A stretch of DNA of 63,582 bases, filler included, from Gonapodya sp. JEL0774 (taxonomy: Eukaryota), in NCBI GenBank assembly GCA_027604505.1. It is 49 parts of 49 records of this genome, joined end to end, with 100 filler letters (N's around TTAATTAATTAA, not from the genome) between each part and the next. Parts side by side here need not be neighbours in the genome. Positions count along the whole stretch, not along the records: positions 13,093 to 14,297 come from JADIIX010003603.1; positions 14,398 to 15,602 come from JADIIX010003604.1; positions 15,703 to 16,905 come from JADIIX010003605.1; positions 17,006 to 18,208 come from JADIIX010003606.1; positions 18,309 to 19,511 come from JADIIX010003607.1; positions 19,612 to 20,813 come from JADIIX010003608.1; positions 20,914 to 22,115 come from JADIIX010003609.1; positions 22,216 to 23,416 come from JADIIX010003610.1; 41 more parts are not named here. One strand, 5' to 3'. This document shows, in pieces, positions 13,700 to 25,908 of this stretch. A model generated the notes under the pieces. That model was not told where the DNA came from and did no database searches. It saw only the letters and a list, made by a program, of their open reading frames with translations. A program made the translations under genes and the position numbers. Each line of letters begins with the position of its first letter. The stretch's first letter is position 1.

Positions 13700-14297
13700 C
13701 TAAAATCTTGTCAAGACAATCACTCTGTCAATGTGTGCCTCGACACAATGTATTAGTCCTGGAATCCACACATTCGTATTATGCGCCAACAGTGCATGAT
13801 CCGCAAGGCCACATAATGAAATACAGCGCCGTCCGCACAGCCCACATTGAGTCGTGTACGTTGGGTGCACGGTTCGGATAATGGTATGCACCATACGAAG
13901 TAGTGTCATCTGAGGTGGCTCGCCGTTCCCCAATCCCACGAGACGCGAACGAAGGCGCCTGATGTTCTCAGACAATGTTACGCCATCGTCAATTTGCCAC
14001 TCAGCAAGGATTGCAAGGGACTTATCGCCGGTACTTTGTGCACGCTCAGCGGTTTCTCTCCGCCATGTGGTGAGTAAGTTTTGGCGTTCTTCCAATTCTC
14101 GTCTTTTCCTTTCCGCGATGGCATCGAATGCGGCCTTTCTTCTCAAAAGATCCAGTCTTTGTCTTTCTCGAAGTTCTTCAGCTTCGGTAAGAAGAGATGG
14201 AATCAACAACTGCCAGCTGCGCTCCGTGAGCTCAGCTGGGATCTTGCTGGACCGCTTAAAAGATGCGAGTTGCATAGCACTTGCCTTGTCAATTGAT
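13700..14297 (-). CDS. Hypothetical coiled-coil protein with C2H2-like finger
   Basis: Open frame of more than 190 aa containing CGLC-x12-H-x4-H (CGLCGRRCISLCGLADHALLAH). Its stop lies a few bp from the GT60 start. Confidence 0.45.
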
Positions 14298-14397
14298 NNN
14301 NNNNNNNNNNNNNNNNNNNNNNNNNNNNNNNNNNNNNNNNNTTAATTAATTAANNNNNNNNNNNNNNNNNNNNNNNNNNNNNNNNNNNNNNNNNNNN

Positions 14398-15207
14398 TTC
14401 TTCCTCATTATTTCGATTTCGCGACCGCTCTTGTCTTTAACCGTCACATCGTACTGGGTGCCAAGTGTTTCGATAGCAAAAATTTGTCACAGGAAATTTG
14501 GAGTAGAAGAACGTATCAGCTACATGCTTTTCACTCCAAAGAGGGCCACAAAGCTAAGAGTACTGACGTGATATACCTCTGTATCTGGTGGGGTGCGGAT
14601 CTAAAGTTTTGATATGGTTTGTCAGTATCGATGACGTCAGCGAACCTCCGCTCTCCATCGCATGAGTGGTAGTGAACGCTCTCTAAGAAACACTCACTGC
14701 AAAGAAGTTCGAGAATAGTGGCACTCTTGTTCCTGCAGTTCCGTAGTTGGGGCGAAGTTGAAACTCCTGACCCGTCATTTGCTGGAAGCCCGGACCCTGC
14801 TGAGCCCGGACCACCTGGGAACCTTCGCGAGAATAGCTTGGAGTGGTAAGGCCTGCTTCCCGTAGCTCTATCGCTGACGGCCCGGCGGTGGTTGTGGGAG
14901 ACTCAGCACGAGAGGTCAAAGGTGAAATCTCGGGTGTCGGCATTACTGCGCTAGATGGTGCTCTCACAGGAGAGACTTGCGACACCTCTGCCGGCTGCTG
15001 TCTCGCCTGAGTTGGCTGGAAGTCTCCTCTTCCGCGGCGTCCGCCCCTCGGTGGTCCCCCTGGACCAGTTGGCCTTCCTTGCTCCCCGAATGACTGTTCT
15101 CCGCGCCCACGGCCTCTCGGAGGGAAATCTCCGCCTCTTCCCCTTCCAGAACCTCCTCTTGCTTGGTCACCATATCCCCTTCCGCGCCTGTGTGGTTGGT
15201 CGCCCAT
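14398..15207 (-). CDS. AGO: Argonaute N-terminus (RG-rich leader and start of N domain)
   Basis: GRGRG-rich leader, then RPNYGTAGTRVPLFSNFFAV, and short exons PPDTEVYH / YDVTV typical of the eukaryotic Ago N domain. Confidence 0.85.
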
Positions 15208-15816
15208 GCTTGTTCTGAAGTTTTGCCGTCAACAGTCAGTTCGTGTTTGTGGATCAACGGCCTGCGAAGAATACACCGGGAAATCAGCCACTGGATAGCA
15301 GAATTGCTCTCTCACAGCTCCAGTTACATAGAAAGAGTGAGAGCAAACCTTTGCTGTTGATTTCTTCCGATTAAAAATGCCGATACCGTGGGGGTGGACT
15401 GCGAGATGATTCATCTCCATCACGGTGACCGTGCACCAAATCTCAAACGAATCCGAAAATTCGAAAAATCGTGAATACCAAGACTATGTAAATCGCGTCC
15501 TCACAATCTTTGGATGATGAATAATTACAATGAGTAAATAAACCCGGGTTTACCTTCGTTTCTGACGCTGTCTTATCCCTACTCTTTCTTTCAGTTCTGC
15601 TANNNNNNNNNNNNNNNNNNNNNNNNNNNNNNNNNNNNNNNNNNNNTTAATTAATTAANNNNNNNNNNNNNNNNNNNNNNNNNNNNNNNNNNNNNNNNNN
15701 NNCAGAAGGCACTGAATTGGACTAACTAACGTTGCACGTTGACGACGATGATACGACGACGATGACGATGACGACGACGAAGTTTGAAATTTTTTTTGTG
15801 ATGACGATATCAAATA

Positions 15817-16905
15817 ATGAGCAAGAAAAAGAAATTAGATTCTGACGTAAAAGATGCTCCAGAGAAAACAGAAAAGAAGAAGGCCAAACGCAGCGACGTC
15901 GCTACTCGTAAGGAAGCCAATAAGACAACGAAATTCACAGTGGTCAAAACATCCTTCAACGTGTTTTGTACTGATTTCGCAAAAACCTTGAACTGGGACT
16001 CCGTGCTGACTGACTTGAACAAGACAGTGTTTGAAGCGTACATTTTGGCCAATGTCCACGCAATTCGACTCTGTGAGGCAGGAAAGTCACTCCAAAAGTT
16101 TGATCAAGTAATGTGTTACAGATTTCTATCGGCTGTCAGTGAAGCACCCACAAAATCTGAGCACATCAAAGACGTCGACTTACTTGAGTCAATTTCAATT
16201 TACCGCTCTTGGAGGTCTTCACCCCCAGCTTCCAGTGAACATCTCAGTGCGGGATGGCAAAACAACATCAGTCAGCAAATGGCAACTAACATCAAAAATT
16301 CAGTCAAAGCTAACTTCTATCGTAAGTTATTGAAGTATGTCAAATCAAAGCATGGTATCAGTGGGAAGGTAGGCTACACACTGCTCAAAAACGTCCTAGA
16401 CTCTGATTATTCGGGGAATGATCCACTGGTTCTAGAATACAGAGACCTCATACCAAGGCCACGAGGTGGAGTTGAATCTCACCCTGAACTTGCTCTCCCC
16501 ATACTGTACGAAATCTACAAATATTTCGAGACACTACCTGAGGCGCAATGGCCCATAAATCGAAATGGAGACCGTGTTGAGCCTCGTAAGTCATCACTCC
16601 TTCCTTTGAAGCATGGCTTCACAATAAGCCATCTGAAAATGTGCAATCTCAGTCTCCGAGGCCTGTTATTGCGAAGTGGTTTGCAAAACATTCCCCCTCC
16701 AGACAAATGGAACAAAGAGGGCCACGCCGACCACTGGTGGAGAAAGTTGTTTCACATTTCTAAGTTTGAAAAGGGGCCAAGGAGGTTTGCCGGAGAAGTC
16801 ACTATTGATGGAAAGGCTGTTAGCATTGGTCTAAAATGCTATGACCCTGACAAAGTCGATCCACTGACGAATAAGGTCAAAAACAAAAAGCAGCGTGTGG
16901 TGGAA
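15817..16905 (+). mobile_element. Fanzor1 (eukaryotic TnpB-derived RNA-guided nuclease), N-terminal half; RuvC lies beyond the contig end
   Basis: Intronless ORF with Fanzor1-type motifs in order: VVKTS, EAYILANVHAIRL, QQMATNIKNSVKANFYRKL, SLLPLKHGF..SHLK, WWRKLF, FAGEVTIDGKAVSI (the TDG.svS motif that precedes RuvC-I). Lys-rich NLS-like start. Confidence 0.8.
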
Positions 16906-17005
16906 NNNNNNNNNNNNNNNNNNNNNNNNNNNNNNNNNNNNNNNNNNNNTTAATTAATTAANNNNNNNNNNNNNNNNNNNNNNNNNNNNNNNNNNNNNNN
17001 NNNNN

Positions 17006-18208
17006 TCCGCGACAATCGATTCGAAAAGTTGCTTCCTGGTGCGGTCGTGGATACGCGTGAATTTTTCCGACTTGTAAGCGGCGTGTTCACCATTGATGGC
17101 TTTACACAGTAGGAACTCCCGAAGCTGAATTGGGTCGGTGAAAGTGACTTGCTCTCGCACGAACGAGGCAGCGACAAGCATGCTTGTGGAACGAGGGGTA
17201 GTGGGACCAAAAGGCTTGACAGCTTTGTTGTAGATCGTGGTTACGCGATAGCCGGCCGCTGCAGTCTCTGGGCTTGAATTGACGACGGAGACGGCAGCGA
17301 CCGGCACCGGTTGAACGAAGACAAACACATGAAGAAAGTTGCTTTTGACCGACGAGAGATCAAAGTCGATGGTCGGACTTTCTTGATAAACGAAGCAAAC
17401 AATGTCTGAGAGATGAATGGAAGGTCAATGGGGATATTATGATTAACATCTTGTTCGCTGAACATGAAGGGTACGTAAAATTTGCCACCACCACGACGTA
17501 CCATTGCCAATGTGACGTTTTCGTTGGATTTGCTGTGGATCTTCCGGTCGGAACGGGAGAAACGTCGAGACGTGGAAGGTCGCTTCGAAATCCCGCCACT
17601 TCCGTTCACGAGGTTTGAAAGAGCGTGAGTTTGCTCTTGGCACAATTCCGATGTTATGTGACGTCACTTACTTTCGTATGCAGGCAAAACTCCCCCGTTT
17701 GTCCGTTGTTTACATCCAAACCTGCGCGGAAGCCACTGAAGCCTTGAAGCGATTGCTTAGTGCCCAAAATGGAAAGGAACGTTTCGAAGGATGCGCTTCC
17801 CGTTTCTGTCGTTTAGCAAAGCCATCAAACACTGCAACCACGCAAAACGCTTGAGAATTGCACAACTCTAACATTCCGTACTCACGATTGTTATACAACT
17901 CTTCTTCAGTCTTCTGCCCTGCCTTGGCGTACAACACACCGAATTTGTATTTTTTGATGTACGTCACCTCGTCCAAGCCCTTGATCGACTGTTCCACGTC
18001 AGGCTCCGTACACCCGGCGATTTTCGCGAGCTTGCACCCGTTCAGGTCCGGAGAAAACATCTTGATCGCCACGTCGCGGGTGCCCAGGCGGCGGTTCTGA
18101 CGCTTGAAGACTGTGCCGGTCGTGGTGACGGGGACGTCGAGGGAGAGAGCGGGAACGAGGATGCGGCGGTCGGGAAGCTGATGAGATGAACGGTGGCGGG
18201 TTGAATGG
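17006..18208 (-). CDS. Rap GTPase-activating protein (Rap_GAP domain), multi-exon fragment
   Basis: [29 protein letters not shown]...[11 protein letters not shown], and [21 protein letters not shown]...RTR. Confidence 0.9.
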
Positions 18209-18308
18209 NNNNNNNNNNNNNNNNNNNNNNNNNNNNNNNNNNNNNNNNNNNNTTAATTAATTAANNNNNNNNNNNNNNNNNNNNNNNNNNNNNNNNNNNN
18301 NNNNNNNN

Positions 18309-18661
18309 GAAGAGGAGGAAGCGGAGGACGAATCGCTCAACCACGGCAAATCAGCGTAGATTGAGCAGTCTGCAATGTCTGGTAATGCCGCCCTGGTGAG
18401 CAGGAACCCCGAAGCAAATAGTACTAGTGACGCCGTGTGGACCAGAGCGAGCAATAAAGTCGGTGTGAGGATCCACAAAAGTGACAGAGGCTGTGTCGCT
18501 TTCGGTGTTGCCGAACTTGTGGGTATCGACGGATTGGGGAGCATTTGTCGGCTCGTGTTCTCCATCGATGGCGAGAACAGAGCTCGGTTGTCATTAGTGG
18601 TATCTCTGGAAATGCCTTCACGGTCATCCCTGGCTTTGTTTTGGCGACGTCGTGAGGACAT
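18309..18661 (-). CDS. GPI13: GPI ethanolamine-phosphate transferase 3 (PIG-O), N-terminus
   Basis: Transmembrane segment followed by LFASGFLLTRAALPDIADC. Confidence 0.75.
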
Positions 18662-19637
18662 CTTTTCAGTGAGTGTCGGCGCTGATCCCCACTGACGGTG
18701 GGTCAAGTAGACATCAAAACTTCACCAGAAAGGACGAGAACAGACAGATGAAAATGGTTACCTCAGAATGCGATGAGAATCCAGAGTCCAAATACGATAG
18801 TGCTCGGCTGATGGCACGTGGAGGTTCTACAAAGGACGTTTCTCGGTGTATATACGGAGGAACCATCTTGCTCCCCCATCCCATATGAAAAATACCGGCG
18901 CACGTCTTGCACCTGTGAAAAGATCACATATTCTAATACATTGTAGTTGCACAGGTCCCTCCGCTCTCATGTGGGGTGCAGATTATGAACGCTCACATCA
19001 GGTTCGCCGGCTTGCCACAGCTTGGACACAATCGGATGCGCGGCAAATCCATTATTATGTTGCACTCAATGCAGTTGGAATGGATTTTGAAAGAAGGCTT
19101 TGCATGAATGTTTGGTTTTTGCGACAAGCAAAATATCTGTGACGTCACCACGGACACCTCATCTTTGTAGATATACTGACCAAGAGCGTCATAACAGATC
19201 AACATGAATGGCAATGTATGCATCACACATGCTCACCCGAACAAGGAGTCGACAATCGTAAGGAATCTGGTCGGGTGCGAGTGATCTCAAAGCACATCGC
19301 ACCAACGGGCCGTCCAAATGCAAATGGATGAACAAAGACCTACCACCGTGCCGTGAACGGGACAGCATACCCGCTTTAGAAGTTGCTTCACATTACAAAG
19401 CGAAAGGGTGCCCTCCTCTTCTAAATAGTTCATCTGTCTTCAACATAATAGAATGTTGAAAGTGTCTTCGATTTTGAGGTGCATGCACAAGTTCAAGGTT
19501 TTTATCTACAGNNNNNNNNNNNNNNNNNNNNNNNNNNNNNNNNNNNNNNNNNNNNTTAATTAATTAANNNNNNNNNNNNNNNNNNNNNNNNNNNNNNNNN
19601 NNNNNNNNNNNACAGATCAACGACTGAAGCACTTACC

Positions 19638-20813
19638 ATGACTTCGGCTGAAAGTCTGTGGACACATTGAGCATCTGAAGGGCTTTGCTTTCCCTGAAGC
19701 GGTCGTCTCTAATCCGTCTACTGAAGGCTCTGAAGACTTCCGTTCGTGTAGTTTCTTCCTCCCGCCATTGCTGAGTTTCTTCATTTTTGAACTCTCCGTG
19801 ATACTCGCCTCGGAGAGTCGTTTCTTCCCATCTATAGACATCGCAGATGCTGCGGGGGAGGTCATTTGTGATTCTGGTGAATCCGCAAAGCGAGGTTGAA
19901 GTTGGTCCATATTGACATGACCCTGCTGAGATTGTGCTTCGGACTTGATGCGAAGAGCAGGACTAAGCGACTGAGTGACGCCGTGATGCGTGCTTCCAGT
20001 CCCAACTGCACCCCCTGGTGGGGGCGTTTGTACGTAAGTGACACTACCGTGCTGTCCCGGAGAAAACGCCTGGATGTATGGCGGGGTGTTATGCAAAGGT
20101 GCGCCAGCCATTGGCTGGAGAACAACTGTCCGACTACCAGAGGCAGGTGCTGGGGAGGGCGCCTGAGAACCATGATGAACCACCATCAGTTCTTGTCCAT
20201 GATGTTGGTCCACGAAACTCATTGTGCGTATTCCGCTTCCTTGGGAAGTATTCATCTGTTGCGCCCCAAATCCAACGTCTGACTGCGAAGATACATACGT
20301 CACAGATTGCTCTTGGTTCTCGGGTAGAACAAACGGCCCAGCCGTACTACCCGACCGAACGTGTACACCGGGTGTCCCCACAGCCTGTCCAGGGGTTCCA
20401 TTTACTTGTCCAGGAGTTCCAGCAACATGCATTGGTGGACTGACTACCGGTGGGGGAGTAGCGACGACTGTTGTGTGGATTTGTTGAGGGGATATGTAAT
20501 GCTGAGATCCTCCGTCCTGCATTATCACTTCGTAAGGTCCTGTCGGCATCATGTTTGGACCTCCACCATACTGAGCGTATTGTGGTTGTGGAGCTGTAGC
20601 AAATCCATTAACAACAGAGTTCTGAGGAAGACCTTGCACCACAATCTGACCGCCGGGTGGACCTTGAATCGGAATGAGTACTACAGTCTGTCCGCCGCCA
20701 CCACTGTGGCCCGCTCGAGCCAGAATCTGTTGAATCTGTTCCTGTGATAACGAAGGTGGCCCACCCCCGGGAGGTCCGCTCAACACAATCTGCTGTTGCT
20801 GCGGCACTTGTTG
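19638..20813 (-). CDS. C2H2 zinc-finger transcription factor (Q/P/G-rich region and first finger)
   Basis: KPFRCSMCPQTFSRSH followed by a GTAAG donor. Confidence 0.8.
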
Positions 20814-20913
20814 NNNNNNNNNNNNNNNNNNNNNNNNNNNNNNNNNNNNNNNNNNNNTTAATTAATTAANNNNNNNNNNNNNNNNNNNNNNNNNNNNNNN
20901 NNNNNNNNNNNNN

Positions 20914-21930
20914 TCGCTCAATGAATCCCTCGGTGGGTTGGAGTCTTCCCGACCAAGCACCGTCTCCAGCCCGAAAGCTCGGAAAGAATCGACAGCGCAG
21001 CAAGACGGGGAGAGACACACAGTGCATTTAGCGTTGTTCCCTCACTTAGATCCGTCCAGGGCCACGAAGCCGGTCATGTGAGTATTTGAAGGCAATCTAG
21101 AGACAACAGGAGTCGCGGTTGCCCAAAGTGTCAGCAGAGGTCGGGCACTCAGTATCACACACAACTCACAACCTAGTAAGCCATGAGGCATGAATGAATC
21201 TCAGGGAACAGGAGTCACAACTTGATAGAGTCCGTGACACAGATTGGACGCGACACCCTGTGTGAAGCGTGGCTTGCTATCGGAATGAACTCAGCAAGCC
21301 CGGGCTTTTGTTGCGAGAGGTGTCTTGCGCTTAGAACGGCTCCTTGAAATTGTCAGTGCTGCATTTACATAATCTTGTGACCCACTTGATCGCACGTTTC
21401 TGTCCCAGATTCTCCCCCATAGAGAAAGACATGTCCGAAGGTCATTCTTTCCGCATCGGACGAAAAGTCGAAAAGAAATCCGGTGACCCCACCAAACCCT
21501 CTCCCGAGCCGTTGGACTTCCTAACGGTCGAGGAACACTTTGTCGCATTCAAGAGCAAAGTGGTATCCAGAAACCATGCCGAAATTTGGTGCAAGGAGGG
21601 AACGGTGCGTTTACTATGGTTGGGAAAGGGGCCTGAATGCCAAGCTCGTACATTTCGGGAGTATGTACAAGTATCCATTCACACTCCCCTCTCCCAATTC
21701 GCTCTCAGATATATTTTAAAGACATCGGCTCTTCCTCCGGCACTTTCCTCAATCGCATGCGTCTTTCTCCTTCAGGAAAAGAATCCCGCCCGTACCCCAT
21801 CAAGGACGGCGACGTGATACAACTCGGAGTGGATTATCAGGGGAGGCAAGAGGACATCTACAGAGCCATTACCATTCGGGTAGTGGTAGCGAGAGACTCA
21901 CATAAGAAGAAAATGAATCCGGTCAAGTAA
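20914..21930 (+). CDS. FHA-domain protein, Dma1/Dma2-like (RING not in contig)
   Basis: FRIGR...FKSKVVSRNHAEIW / KDIGSSSGTFLNRMRLS...IKDGDVIQLGVDYQG. Confidence 0.85.
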
Positions 21931-22215
21931 GTTCGCACAATGAATGGGAGGCCAACTTCTGCGCGAGGGTTTGGAAACACAAGATAAGATCATACTGATT
22001 CCAACTGCCACACTCCTTTATGCCGTCGGGTGCTCATGTTCTCACAAGACTTCATGCCGCTCTCCGAGCTCTTATTTCTGCCGCGTCACCTCTCACCACC
22101 TCCCTCGAGGCCCTTNNNNNNNNNNNNNNNNNNNNNNNNNNNNNNNNNNNNNNNNNNNNTTAATTAATTAANNNNNNNNNNNNNNNNNNNNNNNNNNNNN
22201 NNNNNNNNNNNNNNN

Positions 22216-23410
22216 GCTCCGCTTCCCTACGCTTCTCCTCTTCCAACTGACGCACCACCCAGTCATCCATCTGCTCACCTTCCAAGCGGATGAAATTGTG
22301 CAAAATGCAGCATGCAAACACCAGCAAGTTCTGTGTCTCTAGACTGTGCTCACATCCAAACTTCATGATAAGAAATCGACGCTTAAGGACACCAAATGCT
22401 CGTTCAATAACGTTGCGTAGAATGGCATGCCGGAGGTTGTACAGCTCCTTGGCATTCAAAGGCCTAGAAGGGTGCACAAACACATCATTCAGCTTTTGAA
22501 TTTGGTCAGCCAGTCAGAACAGGGTTGCTAAAATGCATTGAACTCACTTCTCAGTGGAGAGTCCCCATTCCTTCAAGTGATATCTGACGCTTTTGAAAGG
22601 GGTGAGGAATCGGCTGGAAAGTGCGTATCCAGCGTCGGCAAGATAAAACTTCCCCATTGGAATCCGAAAGTCCCGACTGAGAGCGTCCTTCAGAACAGTA
22701 CCATCGTTTGCTGAACCTTCCCAGCCCGGCAAAATGTATGTGAATAACATATCAAAGTTCACCGCAGCCAATACGTTTTGACTGAGATTTCCTGAGCGGT
22801 CACGGTACGGACCCCGCAAAGCCGCTGGAACAAAAACTGGGATGTGTGTGCCGTCAATGGCTCCGATGCAGTTGTCGAAGAACGGGGTGAACCGACCGCT
22901 ACATAGAATGCGAGACGCAATCGGGGCATCTGCTCCAGGCTGCAGCATGTACTCCCGCCCAATGCCAACTATGCACTTCAGAACAATGTGCATATAGCGC
23001 TGGACAGTTTCCTCTGAGTGCTGGAACCTCTCGCAAAGATCTCTGACCGACGCTTTTTTGCCAACCCAGTAGAGGAACATGAAGACTTGTTGCTCTACTG
23101 ACATCCAAATAGTGTCGGTTAGGCCGGAAGTGAGGGCATTTGGCTGTCGGAGACGAGTAACAAGTTTCCTGAAAGTGTCCTTCTCCATTCGAAGTTCCCG
23201 GCGAGCGCGAATGTCCGCGGCAGCTAGTATCTCCCGCGTATAGTCCTCGCCTTGAAGTACAGAATTCCGTATGCGCGTCCTTGATGCGATTGATCTCCTC
23301 ATAGTCCTTCGAGCAATCGCAGCAACCAGAACAAAGGTGATTCCGACCCACGCTAGGAGAAGGTCCATCTCCCCGTCGGAATCCGTGTCCGAGTCATTTT
23401 CAACGTCCAT
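22216..23410 (-). mobile_element. PIF/Harbinger DDE transposase with one intron (22464-22547)
   Basis: CIGAIDGTHI, GWEGSAND, YLADAGY and RNVIERAFGVLKRRF. The GT-AG intron restores EKPLNAKELYNLRH in frame. Confidence 0.95.
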
Positions 23411-23570
23411 GATGAANNNNNNNNNNNNNNNNNNNNNNNNNNNNNNNNNNNNNNNNNNNNTTAATTAATTAANNNNNNNNNNNNNNNNNNNNNNNNNNNN
23501 NNNNNNNNNNNNNNNNATTGGACATTTTCTCTCTCTCTATTGAGTTCACACCATCTCCCCACACTCAATC

Positions 23571-24644
23571 ATGTCTGACACCATCCGTATCACGTCTGAT
23601 GGCTTTAAAAAGGCTGTGGGCGTTCTTGAGGACGCCGCGAAGTTTCGAAAGTGGAAGAAACGGGCGGAAGTGGAGTTTCAGGCGTTGGAGGTGATGGGAA
23701 TTGTGGACGGGACGGAAACCTGCCCAACAGAAACCGGCAACGAGAAAACGCTCTGGGAGCGTAAGGACCGTCTTATTCGCGCCGCGATTTTTGCGGTGGT
23801 ATCCCCAGACTTGGACGGACCGCTGGATCCATCGAAATCTGCTGAATTCAACTGCGGAGAGCTCAAAACTGCCTATGCACCACGCCTTGTTGGGGAACGT
23901 CACAGCATCATGATGGTGATTCAATCTACTCGCCTCACGGGGACAATTGCAGAACTCGAACGTACCCTAGGCGACTTATTCGCCCAAGTCGCGGATCTTG
24001 ACCCAGAACATCCAGTTTCCGAAATGGACAAGATCCAGCCCTTTCTCACCGCCGTGAAGTCCGAGTACCTGATGGACACTGCAATACAGTTCAGCAAGAC
24101 GGATGCAAGGTACCTCGAAGTTGTACAGGCATTTCGAGCTGTGGAGGGACAGGAATGGGCAGAGGCGCAAGTGCAGATGGCGATGGCAGCGGCAGTAGCT
24201 GCAAACAACGTGAGCAGCACCAGTGATGTGTGTTACGAATGTGGAAGGCCTGGGCACTTTGCGCGCGAGTGCAGGTCGCGTCGGTGTCACAACTGTGGCC
24301 AAGTTGGTCACCTTCAGGCGGGGTGCACGGCGGGTAGAGGGAACGGAGCGCAGAATGCGTTCGGAGGCAGGGGAGGACCAGCGAGAGGTCGTGGGCGGGG
24401 GGGACGCGGTGGACATGGGGGATTCGGTTGTGGTCGCGGAAGGGGAGCAGCTAATCATGCCAAAAATGTGGACACTAGCGCGAATACATACGTGAGTGAC
24501 GAGTACTTGGTTCACAAAAAAGGGGGATCTAGGGGCTCAGAGAACAGCAAAAACGATGGAAGTCGCAAAAAATTTTTCTCTGTGCTCGCCGCACGAGCGT
24601 CGGGGCCTGCCGCTCGCCGCGGAGGCAGTCGTAGGGGCACATGA
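23571..24644 (+). mobile_element. gag: Ty1/Copia-like Gag with two CCHC knuckles and RGG tail
   Basis: FRKWKKR...GIVDGTETCP N-terminus, CYECGRPGHFAREC and CHNCGQVGHLQAGC. Confidence 0.85.
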
Positions 24645-24817
24645 TGCAGTTCATATTCGGAATGAGAGTTTGGAAAAGTCCAGGTCTTCCTGGCCGACAC
24701 CACCCACAACTCCACCTNNNNNNNNNNNNNNNNNNNNNNNNNNNNNNNNNNNNNNNNNNNNTTAATTAATTAANNNNNNNNNNNNNNNNNNNNNNNNNNN
24801 NNNNNNNNNNNNNNNNN

Positions 24818-25637
24818 ACCCTCTCAGTAGTGAGATTCTCACTGTCTCCAAGACCAGCATACACAACAGTCCTGAAATCTTTGAAATCATCAACAGATGA
24901 AATGGCTTTCACAAGTATATGCCAATGAATTTTCTCTCCGGAAAGATTATCGCAGGAGGACATGTTGATGATTTCATTTGCATTGCTCCAAACTCCACAG
25001 TCACCAATGATTTCAAAATTTAACTTGCAAAGTATTTCAAATGCAAATCTGGTCATCTAGACGTCTTCCTTGGTGTAGAAGCAAAGCAGGACCCACACAC
25101 AGGAACAATCACGATACGTCACAAGAAAAAAATCGTTGATTTGCTCTCTGACTATAATATGCTTGATTGCCAACCAGTGAGCACACCCATGCAGCCAAAT
25201 GTGGAGCTTTCCCGTGCAGACTGTCCTCAAACTGCAGCAGACAAGGAAGGAATTGATGGGAAAGCTTACAGGAGTGGTGTTGGAAGTTTGATGCACATCA
25301 ACACAATGACACGTCCTGACATTTCAACTGCAGTGAAGGTTTTGTCAGAAGCTCTTGACAACCCAAGCAGGAAACACGTTGATGCATTCTACTGGTTACT
25401 GAGATATATGAATGGGACACAGGGACATGGTATTACATATTTGGGAAAGAAAGATCCAAAGAGGAACCTGATGAAACAGGGCAGAAGGTCTTTGCATGGT
25501 TATGCTTCAGAACCCTTCAAAGGATATTTTGATGCAGACTGGGCCCGTGATGTTTATGATCGCAAATCTCGGTATGGCTACGTCTTCTTGATGGCAGGGG
25601 GAGCAGTTTCGTGGTGGAGTGGAAAGCAGGACATTGT
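24818..25637 (+). pseudogene. pol: Degenerate Copia RT/RNase H fragment
   Basis: GGHVDDFI, YRSGVGSLM...TRPDIS, YFDADWA...RKSRYGYVF...AVSWWSGKQ. In-frame TAA at 25021, and homology stops before the STTEAEY motif. Confidence 0.9.
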
Positions 25638-25908
25638 GTATCAAGCTATGGTGGCAAAACCTGTACAGAGGCAGAGTGCTGGATTCTCTCTTTTATCCTG
25701 AACACTGTTGGATGTCGCAGCACTGCAGTCGGTGCCCAATCCAACATACCGGCTGAGCAAGCAGTAGTGCGCAGTACTTTAGGGTGAATAGTCATTATAG
25801 AAAGCGAGAGAGCATTACAAGATAAGTTTCCTTTCTGGTGAAACTCTGCCCGACAATCCTACGTCCGAACCCCGAACTCTGAACCAGCACGCCTGACACT
25901 GACCTTCA

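Noticed and set aside
15740..15781. (GAC/GAT)n tract upstream of the Fanzor as a possible element end or guide array
   Set aside because: A simple trinucleotide microsatellite. No TIR or TSD can be established from one end.
14398..16905. Argonaute next to Fanzor as a linked RNA-guided system
   Set aside because: They are on different contigs and adjacent only because of length sorting.
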